DNA of 64,000 bases, taken from positions 69,378,001-69,442,000 of the forward strand of contig OX597825.1 in assembly GCA_951406725.2 (NCBI GenBank), read 5' to 3'. Shown piece after piece: positions 1-14,887 of this stretch. This DNA comes from Octopus vulgaris. Lineage: Eukaryota. How positions within the stretch are numbered: position 1 is the stretch's first letter; each line of letters begins with the position of its first letter. Under the pieces are notes generated by a model. It did not search any database. It worked only from the letters and a program-made list of their open reading frames with translations, and had not been told where the DNA came from. The translations under genes and the position numbers were made by a program.

Positions 1-126
1 AAGCTTATCTGTGAACTTTTATGCTTTTTATGCTTTTTTCTTCTGTCTCTTAATCTTATTATTTTACTCCTGTCCTCTATGTAGTCATTTCATTAATCTA
101 TACCCTTCTCCTTTTCCCTATTTGTT

Positions 127-180
127 TCTCTGATGACGGAATATTCCATAATCTGAGATATCCCAGAAACACCTGTTAGA
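127..180 (+). ncRNA. Type I hammerhead ribozyme motif in a Penelope-like 3' fragment (1-402) ending in (TA)n
   Basis: tct-CTGATGA-cggaatat...atatccca-GAAAC-acct-GTT-aga: intact core, stem I tct/aga, stem II gga(a)tat/atatcc, short near-palindromic stem III. Confidence 0.65.
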
Positions 181-399
181 CTTTGAATTTTTTTTCCAAT
201 AATAATAACGTATATGACTTGAAATGTCTGCCTCGCCTAAACATTTGTTGTCCTTTTTAACAATCATATGCCCGCTTTATCAGAAATCTGCAATGACTCA
301 TAACTACCGTCTTGGTTACGACCTAGGAACCCCAGTAATCCGTTACAGCACTTACCTAGCGTACCTAAACGCTTAGATCACCTAGGAACTAAACTCCCA

Positions 400-746
<347 letters not shown>

Positions 747-1056
747 CGCACACACACATATATATAAATACACACATTCACGCACATTTACATATATACA
801 CATGTTAAAGAAATACATGAAAAGATAAATCAAAATGACTTTTAAAAATGTAGCACAAATTAATAAAAAGTATACACAAAAGAAAATATAACGCTGCTGT
901 CTATACAACAGGGGTAACAAGAGAAATTATGAGACGTATGTATTACATAATACAGTATTTCGCAGTTTTGTTATCTATTGATATTACGTGGAATTCTCGT
1001 TGTATTAAGCTTTATAGTATTTCGTTTTGTAATATGGGTTTCTGAAACCGCAATAT

Positions 1057-1441
1057 GGAAGCACTCCGTCGGTTACGACGACGAGGGTTCCGGTTGATCT
1101 GATCAACGGAACAGCCTGCTCGTAAAATTAACGTGTAAGTGGCTGAGCACTCCACAGACACGTGTACCCTTAACGTAGTTCTCGGGGATATTCAGCGTGA
1201 CACAGAGAGTGATAAGGCCGGTCCTTTGAAATACAAGGTACAACAGAAACAGGAAGTAAGAGTGAGAGAAAGTTGTGGTGAAAGAGTACAGCAGGGATCA
1301 CCACCATCCCCTGCCGGAGCTTCGTGGAGCTTTTAGGTGTTTTCGCTCAATAAACACTCACAACGCCCGGTCTGGGAGTCGAAACCGCGATCCTACGACC
1401 GCGAGTCCGCTGCCCTAACCACTTGGCCATTGCACCTCCAC
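1057..1441 (-). mobile_element. tRNA-derived SINE (family C), full length with TSD
   Basis: Minus-strand head tggaggtgcaatggccaagtggttagggcagcggactcgcgg...gtttcgactccc (A/B boxes); TSD aaccgcaatat at 1046-1056 and 1442-1452. Confidence 0.9.
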
Positions 1442-2259
1442 AACCGCAATATACTATAGCATTTCTTTCATTGTTTCCATATCAAGGCGTTATAATTGAA
1501 AAAAGACTTTATTGATAAAACCTACAAACACACTCACCAGTTGTTGCTTGTCTGTATTTCTGTACTCTTTATTCTTTCGAAACAATTGATAGTTGTTTCC
1601 GTTCCCAATCATAGTTTTCGTTTTCACAATCTTTAGCTTTCTCGAAGGACGGTTAACGATATTGATGAAACCACAATGTTTTACATCTAAATTCTAGCAA
1701 CATAAATTCAAATACTTTTTTTTTTGTCTTTTATTACTTACATCTTTTATTAATTGAACTGAGGCTGTGTGGTGTGTGTGTGGGGGTCACCACCTCCAAG
1801 GGTTTTACCCGAACAAAGAGATACCAGTTCGTATCTCTTAAGCCTGATATTTATTCAATCGGCCTCTTACGCTGAAACGATAACTTGCAGGCGCAAAAGC
1901 AAGTCTACACCGTTTTCAAGTGTTATATATATATATGTATGTATGTATATATACCATCAATTTCGACCTGCAAAGATACCCGTGACTGTAACATCTACAC
2001 CAGCAGCTATGGTATCATCAGCAGTCAAGACAACCGAAAATAAACTAACATCACATCTTGCAGCAAGAAAAACAGTAATGACCCCCTCCTCCAAAAGAAG
2101 AAGAACAAAAACATATTGCTGCCTCCCAGAAAATTCGTTGAAAGGCAGGTCAATGTGGCAACGATTGCCCGAGGGAACTGTTCTGTGCTAAGTATGCGCC
2201 TAGTGATGACGACTGGGCACTTACCCCAGTGGTTATCTCGACTGTGGTTTTGTGGAGTT

Positions 2260-2290
2260 ATCATCATCGTCGTCGTCGTCGTCGTCGTCG

Positions 2291-2328
<38 letters not shown>

Positions 2329-2360
2329 GTTATCATCAACATCATCATCGTTATTATCAT
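2260..2360. repeat. (CGT)n/(CAT)n trinucleotide microsatellite
   Basis: Direct reading. Confidence 0.95.
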
Positions 2361-3459
2361 TTCCTTTTTTTCTTTTCACCGTGTTATTCTTATTACTTAT
2401 TTCACAGTCGTCTATTATCTGTTCAAATGATATTCTTAGTCTAAATTAAAAGGAAAGAACTTCTGTTAGATTCAGTCCGCGACCACCAACCAGCTTTCTA
2501 CGTGATAATACGAAGCTTCATGAAAACTATAAGAAAACTTTCGCAAGATAATAGCAATGGTATTGCTTTCTAAATTATTGTATATCAGATCTTTTATTGC
2601 GAAGAAGCGAACCGATGCTAAAGTATTGCAAATATCTATTATTAATACAAATAGAATTCCCAAACCAATTAAGTCTCTGGCTTTTCATCAAATGATACTT
2701 TTAAGCAGTAATGACTGGTACTGGCATGATTTAATTTAACACATACGTAACGTCTTTCGTCCGTTGTGAAAGTCGCTTTCGTGTTAGTTAATTTCATTTG
2801 ATTTTTTTCACACTCGGGTAATCCATAATTGTGTTACACGACACATGCGTCTGTCTCATGTGTAAAAGAGTGCCTGACTGTGGTAAAGTACCTAGACAAA
2901 GAAATGCACGGAAGAAATTATTTATTTCTATAAGTGCGAAATTATTAATATCATTTCGCCTAAAGTGTAGCCGTTCAGAGAATACACCAAATTTTCAATT
3001 TTGTTATGCAATTGTTAAGAAAACTAGTGAATGAAAGTATTCTAGTCATTTTGAAGATTTCTAAGTTTGCCTAAGATTTCTAAGTTTGCATTAGTCTACG
3101 TTTTTCGAAGACAGTGGGTATGATGAAGGAGATAGATTTCACTGGGTTTCAAGGAGTGACATAAAAGAGGATCAACCAAGTAATCCACGAATATTATACA
3201 AATCTATACAACGAGCTACTATGCTTCATCTTTAAAAAAATCTTGTTAATATAACTAAAAGATGTATAAATGGATACAACAGAAATACGTGTAATTATTG
3301 TTTATGTATGCATATTACAATATGCAGACAGTTTGAAATGAAGAGAGCGCCGATAGAAATGTAAGCTTTGTATTATAATAGATTCCTTGGGAAGACACAT
3401 TTGTAAAATGAAAGAAATATGAAAGATAAACGACATGTAAATGTCGTTTATCTTTTCCA

Positions 3460-3566
3460 AACGGAAAAAAAAGCCTGAGAAGGTAAATAAGGAATATTTT
3501 AGTTGCGAACGGAAAAAAAAGCCTGAGAAGGTAAATAAGGAATATTTTAGTTGCGAACGGAAAAAA
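3460..3566 (+). repeat. 48-bp tandem duplication (about 2.2 copies)
   Basis: Unit aacggaaaaaaaagcctgagaaggtaaataaggaatattttagttgcg starts at 3460, 3508 and (partial) 3556. Confidence 0.9.
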
Positions 3567-3811
3567 TAACTAGAATATCGCTGAGAATGTAAACAACGAA
3601 TAGAATATAAATGCAAACCAAAATGATGAAACCGAATGCAACAAAACGCCCGTAAACCTTTCCAGCAGTGATGGACAAATGACGGAGTTGAAAATACAAG
3701 TAATAATAAAATCAGCGCTTCTCAACCATTTTTTAACCTATGGGCGTCTTTGATTCCTGTTTTAATCGGCTGGACCTCCCTAGGCATTCGTTGTTTAAAC
3801 AATCCTATTCT

Positions 3812-4165
3812 AGGCGCAGGAGTGGCTGTGTGGTGAATAGCTTGCTTACCAATCACATGGTTCCGGGTTCAGGCTCACTGCGTGACGCCTTACGCAAATG
3901 TCTTCTACAACAGCTTCGGGCCAACCAGAACCTTGCGAGTGGATTTGGTAGACGGAAACTGAAAGAAGCCCATCGGATATATATATGTTTGTGTGTCTGT
4001 TTATTCCCCTACCATCACCTGTCAACCGATGTTGGTGTGCTTACGTCCCCGTAACATAGCGGTTCGGCAAAAGACCGCTAGAATAAGTACTAGGCTTACA
4101 AAGAAAAAGTCCTGGGGTCGATTTGTTCGACTAAAGGCAGTGCTCCAGTATGACTGAAACAAATA
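3812..4165 (+). mobile_element. tRNA-derived SINE family B (CORE-like central region, internal TA/TG microsatellite)
   Basis: aggcgcaggagtggctgtgtgg...ggttccgggttcag...ggatttggtagacggaaactgaaagaagccc...gactgaaac tail; matches copies at 8.7k, 17.6k, 18.5k. Confidence 0.85.
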
Positions 4166-4404
4166 TAAGAATATTTTAATAATTAAATATTAGGAATTGC
4201 ATTTAACAAAGGGTTAAAATAGTTTGTGCATTGCCGATAAATTCTAACGACAAAATCCCCCAAGGGCCATACAGACCCCAGTGGCGAATCACCGATAGGA
4301 ATGAATGGAAATATATGAAAAGATTTAAGATAAGCAATTCCAGAAATAATTCTTTCAGCTATAGGCTGAAGTTTTATGGGAGGGCTTGTCAAGTACATTG
4401 ATCA

Positions 4405-4550
4405 TCGCGTTCAGCCGGTATTTATTTTATCGACCTCAAAGAGTTAAATAGCGAAGTCGACCTCGGTAACATTTGAACGCGGAACGTAAAAACGGAAGGA
4501 ATGCCACCAAGCATTTCGTCCGGCGCAGTAACGATTCTCAGGTTTTCCTC
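4405..4550 (-). mobile_element. Degraded SINE family A (Deu/Nin-like core)
   Basis: Reverse complement of aaattccgccgaggtcgactttgcctttcatcc...gtcgataaaataa. Confidence 0.7.
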
Positions 4551-5842
4551 CTTCATAAGGAGAAATAATAAAATGGACGATTTGACGGTGGGTATAAAGG
4601 AAGCATTAAGTACACTAGATCTTGTTATAGACAAATGAAAAACGAGCCTAGGCATAAAACTCTACGATAAAATAACAATAATCATAGATTTCCTGAAAAC
4701 GAACACAAGCATTAAAATCAAGTTAAAGAAAATTATACATACATTTACAAAAATAAACACACTCGTATTCTCATACACCGCAACTAGTGCAGTTACAAAA
4801 TAAACTTGACTCTCCATAAGCTCTACACAAATCTACACAAATAGGAACATCAAAAGCCAACCACGCAGCATGTAAGACAAGTAAACAGAGGAAATACAAA
4901 ATGAGGAAAAATGAAAAAAAAATTTCACTGCCCTTTGAAAACCTGCATTCTCGCACGTGACGCGCATGCACACACTCACACACACTTGACATCGTAATTA
5001 AATGATATCATTGAAGAATACTTCAGAATTATAATAATAATAATAATAGAAAGAGTTAACTGAAATTAATGAGTGTTCGGAGCAAGAGATGCTCCTTAAC
5101 TCACTAGAATCTCGTTGTTATGAAAATCAATAACAGTTCATTAATGAATAACAAGCAGGTCGACTCTAGTTGAAAGTGATTCTATCAAGAACTCGATAAA
5201 AACACGAAGAGAACGAAACGAGAACTGGGAAAGAATAATGTACCCAGCGAAGGAATCACCACGGACGTGATTGTTTACAATAACAAACACAGCATCTGGG
5301 ATGCTATTTAGAATCAAAACAATTCAGGTGTAATATTTTTAAAAAAATCATTTATTCCTTTACTTTTTTCAGTCTTTGGACTATGGTCATGCTGGGGCAT
5401 CGCCTGGAAGGGTTTAGTTGAAGAAATCGAATCTAAGGCTTATTTTAAAGTGTAGTACTTCGATCGTTCATTGCCAACGGAGATGTTTAATAAGATATTG
5501 AATGGTTCACTCAAATGAAATCTACTTTTAATCCTCAACACCAAAGAAACATCAAACGTTAAAACTTTTCACCACCCATGGCATTCATTCCTATAACCTT
5601 CAAAAGTTTAATTGCCATAATATCACACAGGATAAATGTACATGTCGAAGAAAATATATTGCATTTCAGAGAAACAGAAACGATACTCAAAATTTCCATT
5701 GCTTTAAAGATAAATTTACTCATCCACAAAGATATAACAGAAGAGTGTAGTAATTTAAACATTAGGACATTCGACAGTATTTTTAACCAGTGGATTTACA
5801 AATATCAGCAATGTATAAACTAGTATCAATATTAGATTCAAA

Positions 5843-6285
5843 TTTTGGGACAACGCCAGCAATTTCGTGTCAGTGGTTAGACCGATTATAAGGTCTCTTT
5901 GCTCGACTGATACTTATTTTATCGACTCCGAAAGGATTATAGGTAAAGTCGATCTCGGCGACAGTTAAACTCAGAACGTACAAACGGACAAAATGCTACT
6001 AGCATTTTGCCCGGCGTGCTAACGATTCTGCCATCTCACCGCCTTAACTATATTAATTAACCAAAAGGTTAACATTAGCACACCAGGTGAAATGCGTAGC
6101 CGTATTTCGTCTGCCGTTACGTTCTGGGTTCAAATTCCACCGAGGTCGACTTTGCCTTTCATCCTTTCGGGGTCGATTAAATAAGTACCAGTTACACACT
6201 GGGGTCGATATAATCGACTTACTCCGTGTGTCTGTCCTTGTTCGTACCATCTGTGTTTAGCCCCATGTGGGTAGTAAAGAAATAT
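5843..6285. mobile_element. Two SINE family A copies: minus (5843-6045) and plus (6070-6285)
   Basis: gttcaaattccaccgaggtcgactttgcctttcatcctttcggggtcgattaaataagtaccag and its degraded reverse complement. Confidence 0.8.
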
Positions 6286-6775
6286 ATATTAATAAACCAA
6301 TATTAATCAACCTCATCTCCACTAGAAGAGGATATATTCCAAGGATTGTATACCTTCATATTCAGTTTACATAAATAAACAGCGCTTCCTTTAAAGTGTT
6401 GACGTAAATAGACGCCGAACCGTATATTCAGCCGACACTATTGCAATCGGTGCAGCCAAGCTGCCTCATAGACAACCATTGTCATGGAGGTTATAGTTAC
6501 TTTAGAACAACAGAGAACGTTTTAAGAACATTCCCTGTTCGTGGTGTTCAGATTATACATACACGCTACTCAGTGCCACTTCATAAATATTTGAAAAGAA
6601 AGATTGGTAACGTTAACCAGTATAGGAGTTAATTGTTTCATACGGGAATTAAAGCTGTGAAAAGCCGTTAACGAAATCCTCGATCACAGCTTCATACGCA
6701 CACGCGTGCGACGAGGCACACACATATATCTAAATATGCATATACATGTATGCACATGCACATATGTTTGTGAAG

Positions 6776-6806
<31 letters not shown>

Positions 6807-6823
6807 CTCATATATATTCTTCT

Positions 6824-6868
6824 ACAGTATGGTGAAAGCGTGTAAGCCGAAACGTTTCTAGTCACTGT
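6824..6868 (+). ncRNA. Decayed type I hammerhead motif next to a short TA run
   Basis: acagt-ATGGTGA-aagcgtgtaagcc-GAAAC-gtttcta-GTC-actgt: perfect stem I, GAAAC and GUC intact, 5' core mutated. Confidence 0.5.
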
Positions 6869-6977
6869 TAACATTTCCCTCATAAATACTAAATCATTCA
6901 AATAATGTCAAATGAGTTTAAAATAAATATCTATAAAGCAAACCTCAACACATACATATATATACTTGTGTCTGTGC

Positions 6978-7023
<46 letters not shown>

Positions 7024-7095
7024 AAGAGAGAGAGAGAGAGAGAGAGATGTATAAATATATATACATATATGCACATATATTTATACATCTCTCTC

Positions 7096-7131
<36 letters not shown>

Positions 7132-7934
7132 ATATATATACACAGACAGACAGACACACACACACACACATATATATATGCATGCATACGTACATACATA
7201 CATACATATGGATGTCTTGTTGTTTTTGGTAGTTTGTATATAATCCTTGATGAACTTCTTTCGAAACTTAATTCATAACGAACTCAAACTAATTTTCTCG
7301 GTATCAGTTTTGATTTCCTTGAAATTAGGTTATGTGTTTTGCTTGTCAGACTTACATCTAAATAACTTCAACCATGATCAATCATGATTAAGTCGGTGAG
7401 CGCGGATAAACTACTTTTCATGAAACACCACTCTTAAAATGGCGTCTATATCATTTGTTAACTCATTAAGCACGCCATATTCTCTTTTGATATTGGAAAT
7501 ATACAGCTGTTTTTTTTTTTCATGTTATACTTTTCAGTTAGTCGTTCGCCCAAAACTACTTGATACGTAAGTCATTATTATCTGTCAAATATAATCCGTG
7601 GATAATGTTATTGATATAAAGATCTTCTAGACAAATTTAGTAATGACTTTTTCTTCAGCTTAATTCAAATATTATCTTATCGTGTAATGGCCTTCGTAGT
7701 GGTAGGTCAAAAGGGTGAATGATGTGTCTTTGAGTTGAGAAGATATCGTATTTGCACTCGACCTGTTAGAAACAGCATGAAAATCTTCATTCTATACCCT
7801 GTACATATTGGATAAATGTCGTACCGGTCAGACTTTATCTGAAAAAAAACAAAACAAAATAAAATAAAATAAACAAAGCTAATTCAAATGACCCATGGTT
7901 AATATTCAATTTTTGATTATTGTCAGTAAGACTC

Positions 7935-8490
7935 GTGGCTCTGTGTTAAGAAGTTTGCGGTGAGCTGGCAGAAACGTTGGCACGCCGGGTGAAATGCTTA
8001 GCGGTATTTCGTCTGCCGCTACGTTCTGAGTTCAAATTCCGCCGAGGTCGACTTTGCCTTTCATCCTTTCGGAGTCGATTAAATAAGTACCAGTTACGGA
8101 ATGGGGTCGATATAATCGACTTAATCCGATTGTCTGTCCTTGTTTGTCCCCTCTGTGTTTAGCCCCTTGTGAGTAGTAAAGAAACAGGTATTTAGTCTGC
8201 CGCTACGTTCTGAGTTCAAATTCCGCCGAGGTCGACTTTGCCTTTCATCCTTTCGGGGTCGATTAAATAAGTACCAGTTACGCATTGGGGTCGATATAAT
8301 CGACTTAATCCGTTTGTCTATCCTTGTTTACCCCCACCCCTCTGTGTGTAGCTCCCTGTGGGCAGTAAACAAATACGAAGTTTGCTTCCCAAACATATGG
8401 TTCCGGGTTCAGTTCCACTATGTGTTACCTTGGGCAAGTGTATTTTACTATATCCATGGGCCGATCAAAACCATTTGAGTGGATTTGATA
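7935..8490 (+). mobile_element. SINE family A dimer (7958-8372) nested in a family B head
   Basis: Two tandem family A units; TSD gaagtttgc near 7950 and 8377; family B sequence resumes as ttcccaaacatatggttccgggttcag. Confidence 0.85.
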
Positions 8491-8723
8491 GAATGCTTAT
8501 AGATCTACTGTATAGATTACATATATTAAATCATACCTTTTCTGAGACCACAGATATTGAATAAAGTGTTAACAGTTACAATATGCAAATTAGTGTCATC
8601 ATTTTTTGTAGCTATTGTAATTGTTGAGTATATAAATAGATTAGTAGCTTGTTTCTCATGGATTGGTGATACTGATGTAGACGCCTCTGACGAGAATCCA
8701 ATAAATTTTGAAAATCGATTACG

Positions 8724-9138
8724 TTTACTCTTTACTCTTTTACTTGTTTCAGTCATTTGACTGCGGCCATGCTGGAGCACCGCCTTTAATCGAGCAACAA
8801 CTCGACCCCGGGACTTATTCTTTTGCAAGCCCAGTACTTATTCTATCGGTCTCTTTTGCCGAACTGTTAAGTAACGGGGACATAAACACACCAGCATCGG
8901 TTGTCAAGCAATGCTAGTGGGACAAACACAGACACACAAACACACACACGCATGTATATATATATACATATATACGACGGGCTTCTTTTCAGTTTCCGTC
9001 TATCAAATCCACTCACAAGGCTTTGGTCGGCCCGAGGCTATAGTAGAAGACACTTGCCCAAGGTGCCACGCAGTGGGACTGAACCCGGAAACATGTGGTT
9101 GCTAAACAAGCTACTTACCACACAGCCACTCCTGCGCC
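8724..9138 (-). mobile_element. SINE family B, full length
   Basis: Reverse complement of the family B head (9138) and of the cagtcaaatgactgaaacaagtaaaagagtaaaag tail (8724). Confidence 0.9.
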
Positions 9139-12128
9139 ATTTAGTTTGTTCACTATATTTTCCAATCTACGGAGAAATAACTGAATTAGCCCTGATTATA
9201 TATATAGGTCATACACACGCACGCACGCACACACATAGATACGAACAGACCAGTGGGTTATCTGGTATAGTTACAAGTGTTTTGTCAAAGGTATTTGCTA
9301 TGACATAAGCATAGTATATATGTAGATGTGCAATATGCAGAATATCCACAAGATTATGTTATATGTTATGCGACTCTCAACTCATCAGGTGAACCAAATA
9401 AAGAAGCGAGCAATGGCAAGTTGAGTAATCAACAGATCATCAAGTGAAGTTAGTATTCTCAAAATCAGAGTTACAATATCTAAGAAATGTGAAGTGGGCG
9501 GGACTTCAGCCTGTCACTCAACGAGAATAGGCTGCAAAGTGATGTTGAAAATTCAACAGCAGTTAAAAACGTTTCTATTCCAACGATATCATTAAACTTA
9601 GTTACCTCGTTCATCAGAGCTAGTAGTGGCAGGACATGCTTGCATACCGGCCAATAGCAGGCGCGAAACATGATATTTTACTATATGAACATAGGCTCAA
9701 CGACCAGTCGTTGACCCTATTCAGAAAAAAAAAAAAAAAACGATTTACAGTATAATTTCCTTTGGAAATTACCTGAATGAATTGCCTGGTTAATAAATTC
9801 TAGTGTTACATATTCAGTCAATTAATTAATCTTGATGAAAGAGCTCTGATTAATTATTAATAATTAATAAAATATTAGCATTAGTCAGCAAACATTCACT
9901 ATGCTTATGCCACAATAAAGAACCTTAGCGAATCAATTCTATCAATACCAGATAATAACTTTCGTCTTTATTGTTTTTACGTCACGCTTAAATTTTTATC
10001 GTTGGCCAATTTTTGGATACTATTGGAGTTATGGATTATCTAAGAACTGTGAGCATCCCTTCATCGACGCATTCTATGCTATAAAAATGGATTAATTAAC
10101 TAATAACTATGTTCTGCGTCATTCCGTCTAAGCAATTTGTGGCGTGCTTTGCTTTGAAATGTTTCGATTCTTTGTGGGTTCTCTGTAAGCATATATACAT
10201 ATATATTGCTGCATAATTTTATATAATGTTATGCAGGCTGCACATTACAACTCTGTCTCTTACTCTCTCTCTCTATATATATATCATATGTAGCGTCTTA
10301 TAATGTATATTGTATACATTGTATTATATGTCATTACTTGATATTGTGTAGGCTATACATGTAATGTTGCAATGACGCACATGCCAATATACACCAACAC
10401 ACAAACACGCACACATATTCAACATATACACGTACATATATCATTTAACAGAACACGCACAGACATACACATAGAGAAATATTAAGGGTGCCTAGAGATG
10501 CATAAGCAAATAAGAAAATACTGGAATTAATTAATAATTGTATAATAAATAACGACCATTTTTGGATAACTTAATTTTGAAATATTTTCCTGTCATTAAA
10601 TAGCGAGATTTAGACCTGACAAAATAGATTATGAATATGATTAATGTAATGACAGGTGACGGAGAGATGACTAAATAAACGAAACATCTCATATATTCCT
10701 ATATATCTGAATTTATAGTCATGATTATGGATTTTAATGCCACAGTCTATATTATGTGAAATCGTAAATTAATTATGTTGTGTATTCATTGTCAGATGAA
10801 CCACGCGATCAGCAAATAACGTACAAAATATCTCATTTAATTACATTATTGTCGTTGTAATGTAAGCCCCGTCTAATTAAACGAGTTTCTACACTGTTAT
10901 AATAGATTTTTAAAAACTTTGACGACACTCCCAAAATAAAGGCTTTTAGTTTTGTAATTTGAAATAGAATTGTTGTTCTCCGGGAAACTTAGATGCTGAG
11001 GCTATATCTACCGATGGCTGTATCTACAATGTCTACCGATAAAATAGAGGGGCCTTCATTGACTCGGTAATGTCTTGGTATATCAGTATGAAGGGGATCA
11101 ATCAAGTGACACTTATTTGAGGTCGAAAGAAAACGTCAAAGTCACACAAGTAACAGGGAACAGGTACATAACTAACAACTTTCACGAGTCAAGCACCTTG
11201 TGGATAATTTAGTAACTACCTGACTCACCTACATCAAAGGAAAATTGTGACTACTATAATTTCTAAATATGTACGTAGGTGCGGAAGTGGCTATTCAGTT
11301 CCACTGCGTGACACATTGGGCAGGTGCTTTCTACTATGGCTTCGTGCCGAGCAAACGTTTGTGAGTAAATTCAGTAGAATGAAAATTATTTATAAGATTA
11401 GTAGAGTTAGAGTTTGGAATAACCGTCTGAGGGATAAAAGTATCCGTTATACTAACGGTATAATTACCTATGTTAATCCTGGACATACATTTCCAAGCAT
11501 ATTATGCTACTGGTTACAGGTAAGGACAAAGATAAACGTGTTTATCAGGAATCAAATTTAAAGTAAGCAGAACATGGAGATATATTGATCAACGACAATT
11601 GACTTACATCCATTATCATTTTTTAATTCAATATACATAGACTGTATCCCATCTAACAGCTGTTTCTGAATTGCTTAATAAGCAGTTATTTATTCGGAAG
11701 TAACTGAGGTACAGCAACTCTGAAAAACGGCCAACAAAATCTAAAACGATAAAAAAACAGACGATCTCTCTTTCTTACTGCATTTCATTAGCGCAAGGAT
11801 CATGCATTTACATACCTTTCTTTATTAATCACTCTAGGGTTGTTGTAATACATAATATCGAAGATTATTTCCCTTCTTGAGTAACAACGACACGCGCGCG
11901 TGCGCAATGACATGCACACGTACACACACACACAAACATACACACACATTCATATGTCTATGTATATGTGTGTCTGCCTTTGGCCGTATGAGATATTACA
12001 AGAAACAGTAAAAGAAAATGTGATGTAGTAAAAACTCAAAGGAATACAGCTCTATCAACGTATCCGACCTTACAATTTTCTTTCCATATATAAATAGTTA
12101 CATGGAGGCATACATGCCTACATACATG

Positions 12129-12205
<77 letters not shown>

Positions 12206-12208
12206 TGC

Positions 12209-12257
12209 GCTTCCTGATGACTTCATTTGAATGAAACAGTTCTAGTCCTGTAGAAGC
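12209..12257 (+). ncRNA. Canonical type I hammerhead ribozyme in a ~137-bp insert (12206-12343) between (TA)n tracts
   Basis: gcttc-CTGATGA-cttcatttgaat-GAAAC-ag ttctagtc ct-GTA-gaagc: stem I gcttc/gaagc, stem II ttca/tgaa, stem III acag/ctgt, GUA cleavage triplet. Confidence 0.85.
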
Positions 12258-12340
12258 TCCTTCTATAAAATAAATTAACTTACTCTGCTATGTATTGAGT
12301 ACCTTAGTTACTGTGGTTAACCCCGACTCAACCCGGGACC

Positions 12341-12423
<83 letters not shown>

Positions 12424-12487
12424 AAAGATAAATGCGATACAATAAAATTAATTATAATCGCCGGTGTACCAGTACACGCCATATATT

Positions 12488-12537
<50 letters not shown>

Positions 12538-12542
12538 ATGTA

Positions 12543-12583
<41 letters not shown>

Positions 12584-14780
12584 GTGTGTATGTGTGTGTA
12601 AGTTATTGCGAACATAATGGCGTTGACGTGATGGGTTATAGTAATACAATATCATTTCAATACATTTCTATACAAAGAGCTCAAGAGACTATAGTACCTC
12701 GTAAGATGAAAATAACATAATAATCTAGTTATATTTCAATTTTTATATTAGAAATTTATTAACACTTCAAGGACTAAATTATGCATTTGTTAAGTTATTT
12801 CTGAAGAGAATTCACCCAAGTATTCTCAATAATATCACCAAATATTCGATGACAGTAATATGCCTATGCGTGTAGAGTTTCCATTAGCCATTCGGAACAG
12901 ACGATCGAAAGTTTAAAATATTCACGTTGAAAATTGAATATTTGTTAGACGCCTAAATCACAGTTTTCAATCATTGAGTCTCATTGAAAAATAAATGTAA
13001 TGAATAATATAGGGGATAAATAGTATTTGAATAATTATACAACAAATGCAGGGTCTAAGATATAGGTCCATAAAGGAATGCGAACATGAGCATTGCATGT
13101 AAAGGGTCGTCTGCTTTCGTATTGAGAGATATGTGTATTTTATATTTGCATAAATTGCTTTAATTTTCAAATAGCTTGTTGAGGGTTTGCTTTTTAGTTT
13201 TTAATTTCATACTGTTTGTTTTTCTTAATGTTTCTCCTTCAATGCCAGTTTCGTTTTCTTTGGGTTTTTTATGATTCATATTCCACACGTGTTTGAATGT
13301 GTGTTTGTCTTGGTATATATATATATTTATATGCATGAGTGAGTATGTGAGTGGTTTTGTACATATGCATGGCTATATGGATGTCTATTTGTGCGTACAT
13401 ATATAGAGAGATAGAGAAAGAGAGAGAATGTGTGTGAGAGAGAGAGACAAACACAGAGACTCACACACACGCGCAAACAGGTAAAATATGTATTCATACA
13501 TATATGTACACACACGTATGTACACATTTACACACACACACACACACAAATATATGCAAAGATAGATGAGTATTTATGAATATGTATAAATATGCATATA
13601 TGTATATATACTTATATATATACAGACGGACGCACAATTTTTTTTAGATATTTATATATATATATATATATCTGTTTCCCTGTCTCTCTCCCCCTCTCTC
13701 TCTCTCTCCCTCTCTCTCCACCTCTCTCCCTCTCTCTCCACCTCTCTCCCTCTCTCTCTCTATATATAGATAGATAGATACGTAGACAGATGTTTGCATA
13801 AACATATATATGTATTTGAAAATTATGTTCATATATAACCTGTTATCTCCTTAAGTGGCGCCAATATGATGCCCAAATCTTTGAGTTTGATAGAAACGAT
13901 TACGATAAGTTCCTCTATACATGCCAAAATGCTTGGAAATAGTTTTATCAAAATATCAAAAATAATGTCTATCTCTCTCCGTCACGCCCACACACATATT
14001 CATAAATATATATATGTATGATTGTGTATGTATGTCTATATATATATTATTGCATGTGGTCGGGAACATATGTAGATATGTAAATGTATATATATATATA
14101 TACGTGAGTGTGTATGTATGTATATATGAGCAAGCACATGCAACAGTCTGTAGAGTTGTTTATTTTAATAAAAGTTTCGAGACATGTAATGTTTATACAA
14201 AGTAAAAATTCTAACAGTATTCTTAAAAAAAAATCGATAGACTTGTTTACAATTTAACTGACTTTGAATGCAAAATCGTGAATTACTATTTTCATTTCGG
14301 CTTAGCATTAGCTTCACTATATATATATATATACATATATGCGCGTTTCTGTGTGTGCGTTTGTGTGTGTGCTTGCATGTATGTATGTAGGTATATATAT
14401 GCAAAAATACATGTACGTAGGCATCTGTGTATGCTGGATATATATAAAAGAATCCGATATTATTTCATCATAATACTCGCTATATATCCATAAATAGCTC
14501 GTATATCCACTAAGCAGCAGAATTTAAAGATATTCTATCCTGAATCAAACAAAACCCTGCAAGCTCAGCTGTAAGAGTAAGATCTACGTTACATCACATG
14601 AAGGCCATCTCTTTGATGAATCAGCTATCTTGTCCTTCCGGATTAATCCTTCCTGCCTGACACGTATATCTTATTTTTCCGCCCTCTCAGCAATGCCGCA
14701 TGAAATCTGGATTATGTTTCAAATCTTTACTAAATCTTGCCTAAGAGAGAATCGTGAGAATTTATGTTGATCTGGAGAAG

Positions 14781-14811
<31 letters not shown>

Positions 14812-14841
14812 AAAATAATTTATATACATACATATAAGAAG

Positions 14842-14887
<46 letters not shown>

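Noticed and set aside
1380-1441. tRNA-like A/B boxes in SINE heads (also 43004, 58674 and others)
   Set aside because: They continue into SINE bodies and lack a full cloverleaf, so they are not tRNA genes
8677-8728. CTGACGA...GAAA-atcgat-TA hammerhead-like string
   Set aside because: Stem I pairs only with a 3-nt bulge at the core and overlaps a SINE tail; probably chance
9695-9717. Small hairpin tcaacgac-ca-gtcgttga upstream of an A tract
   Set aside because: Isolated 8-bp stem; terminator-like only in a bacterial context, which does not apply
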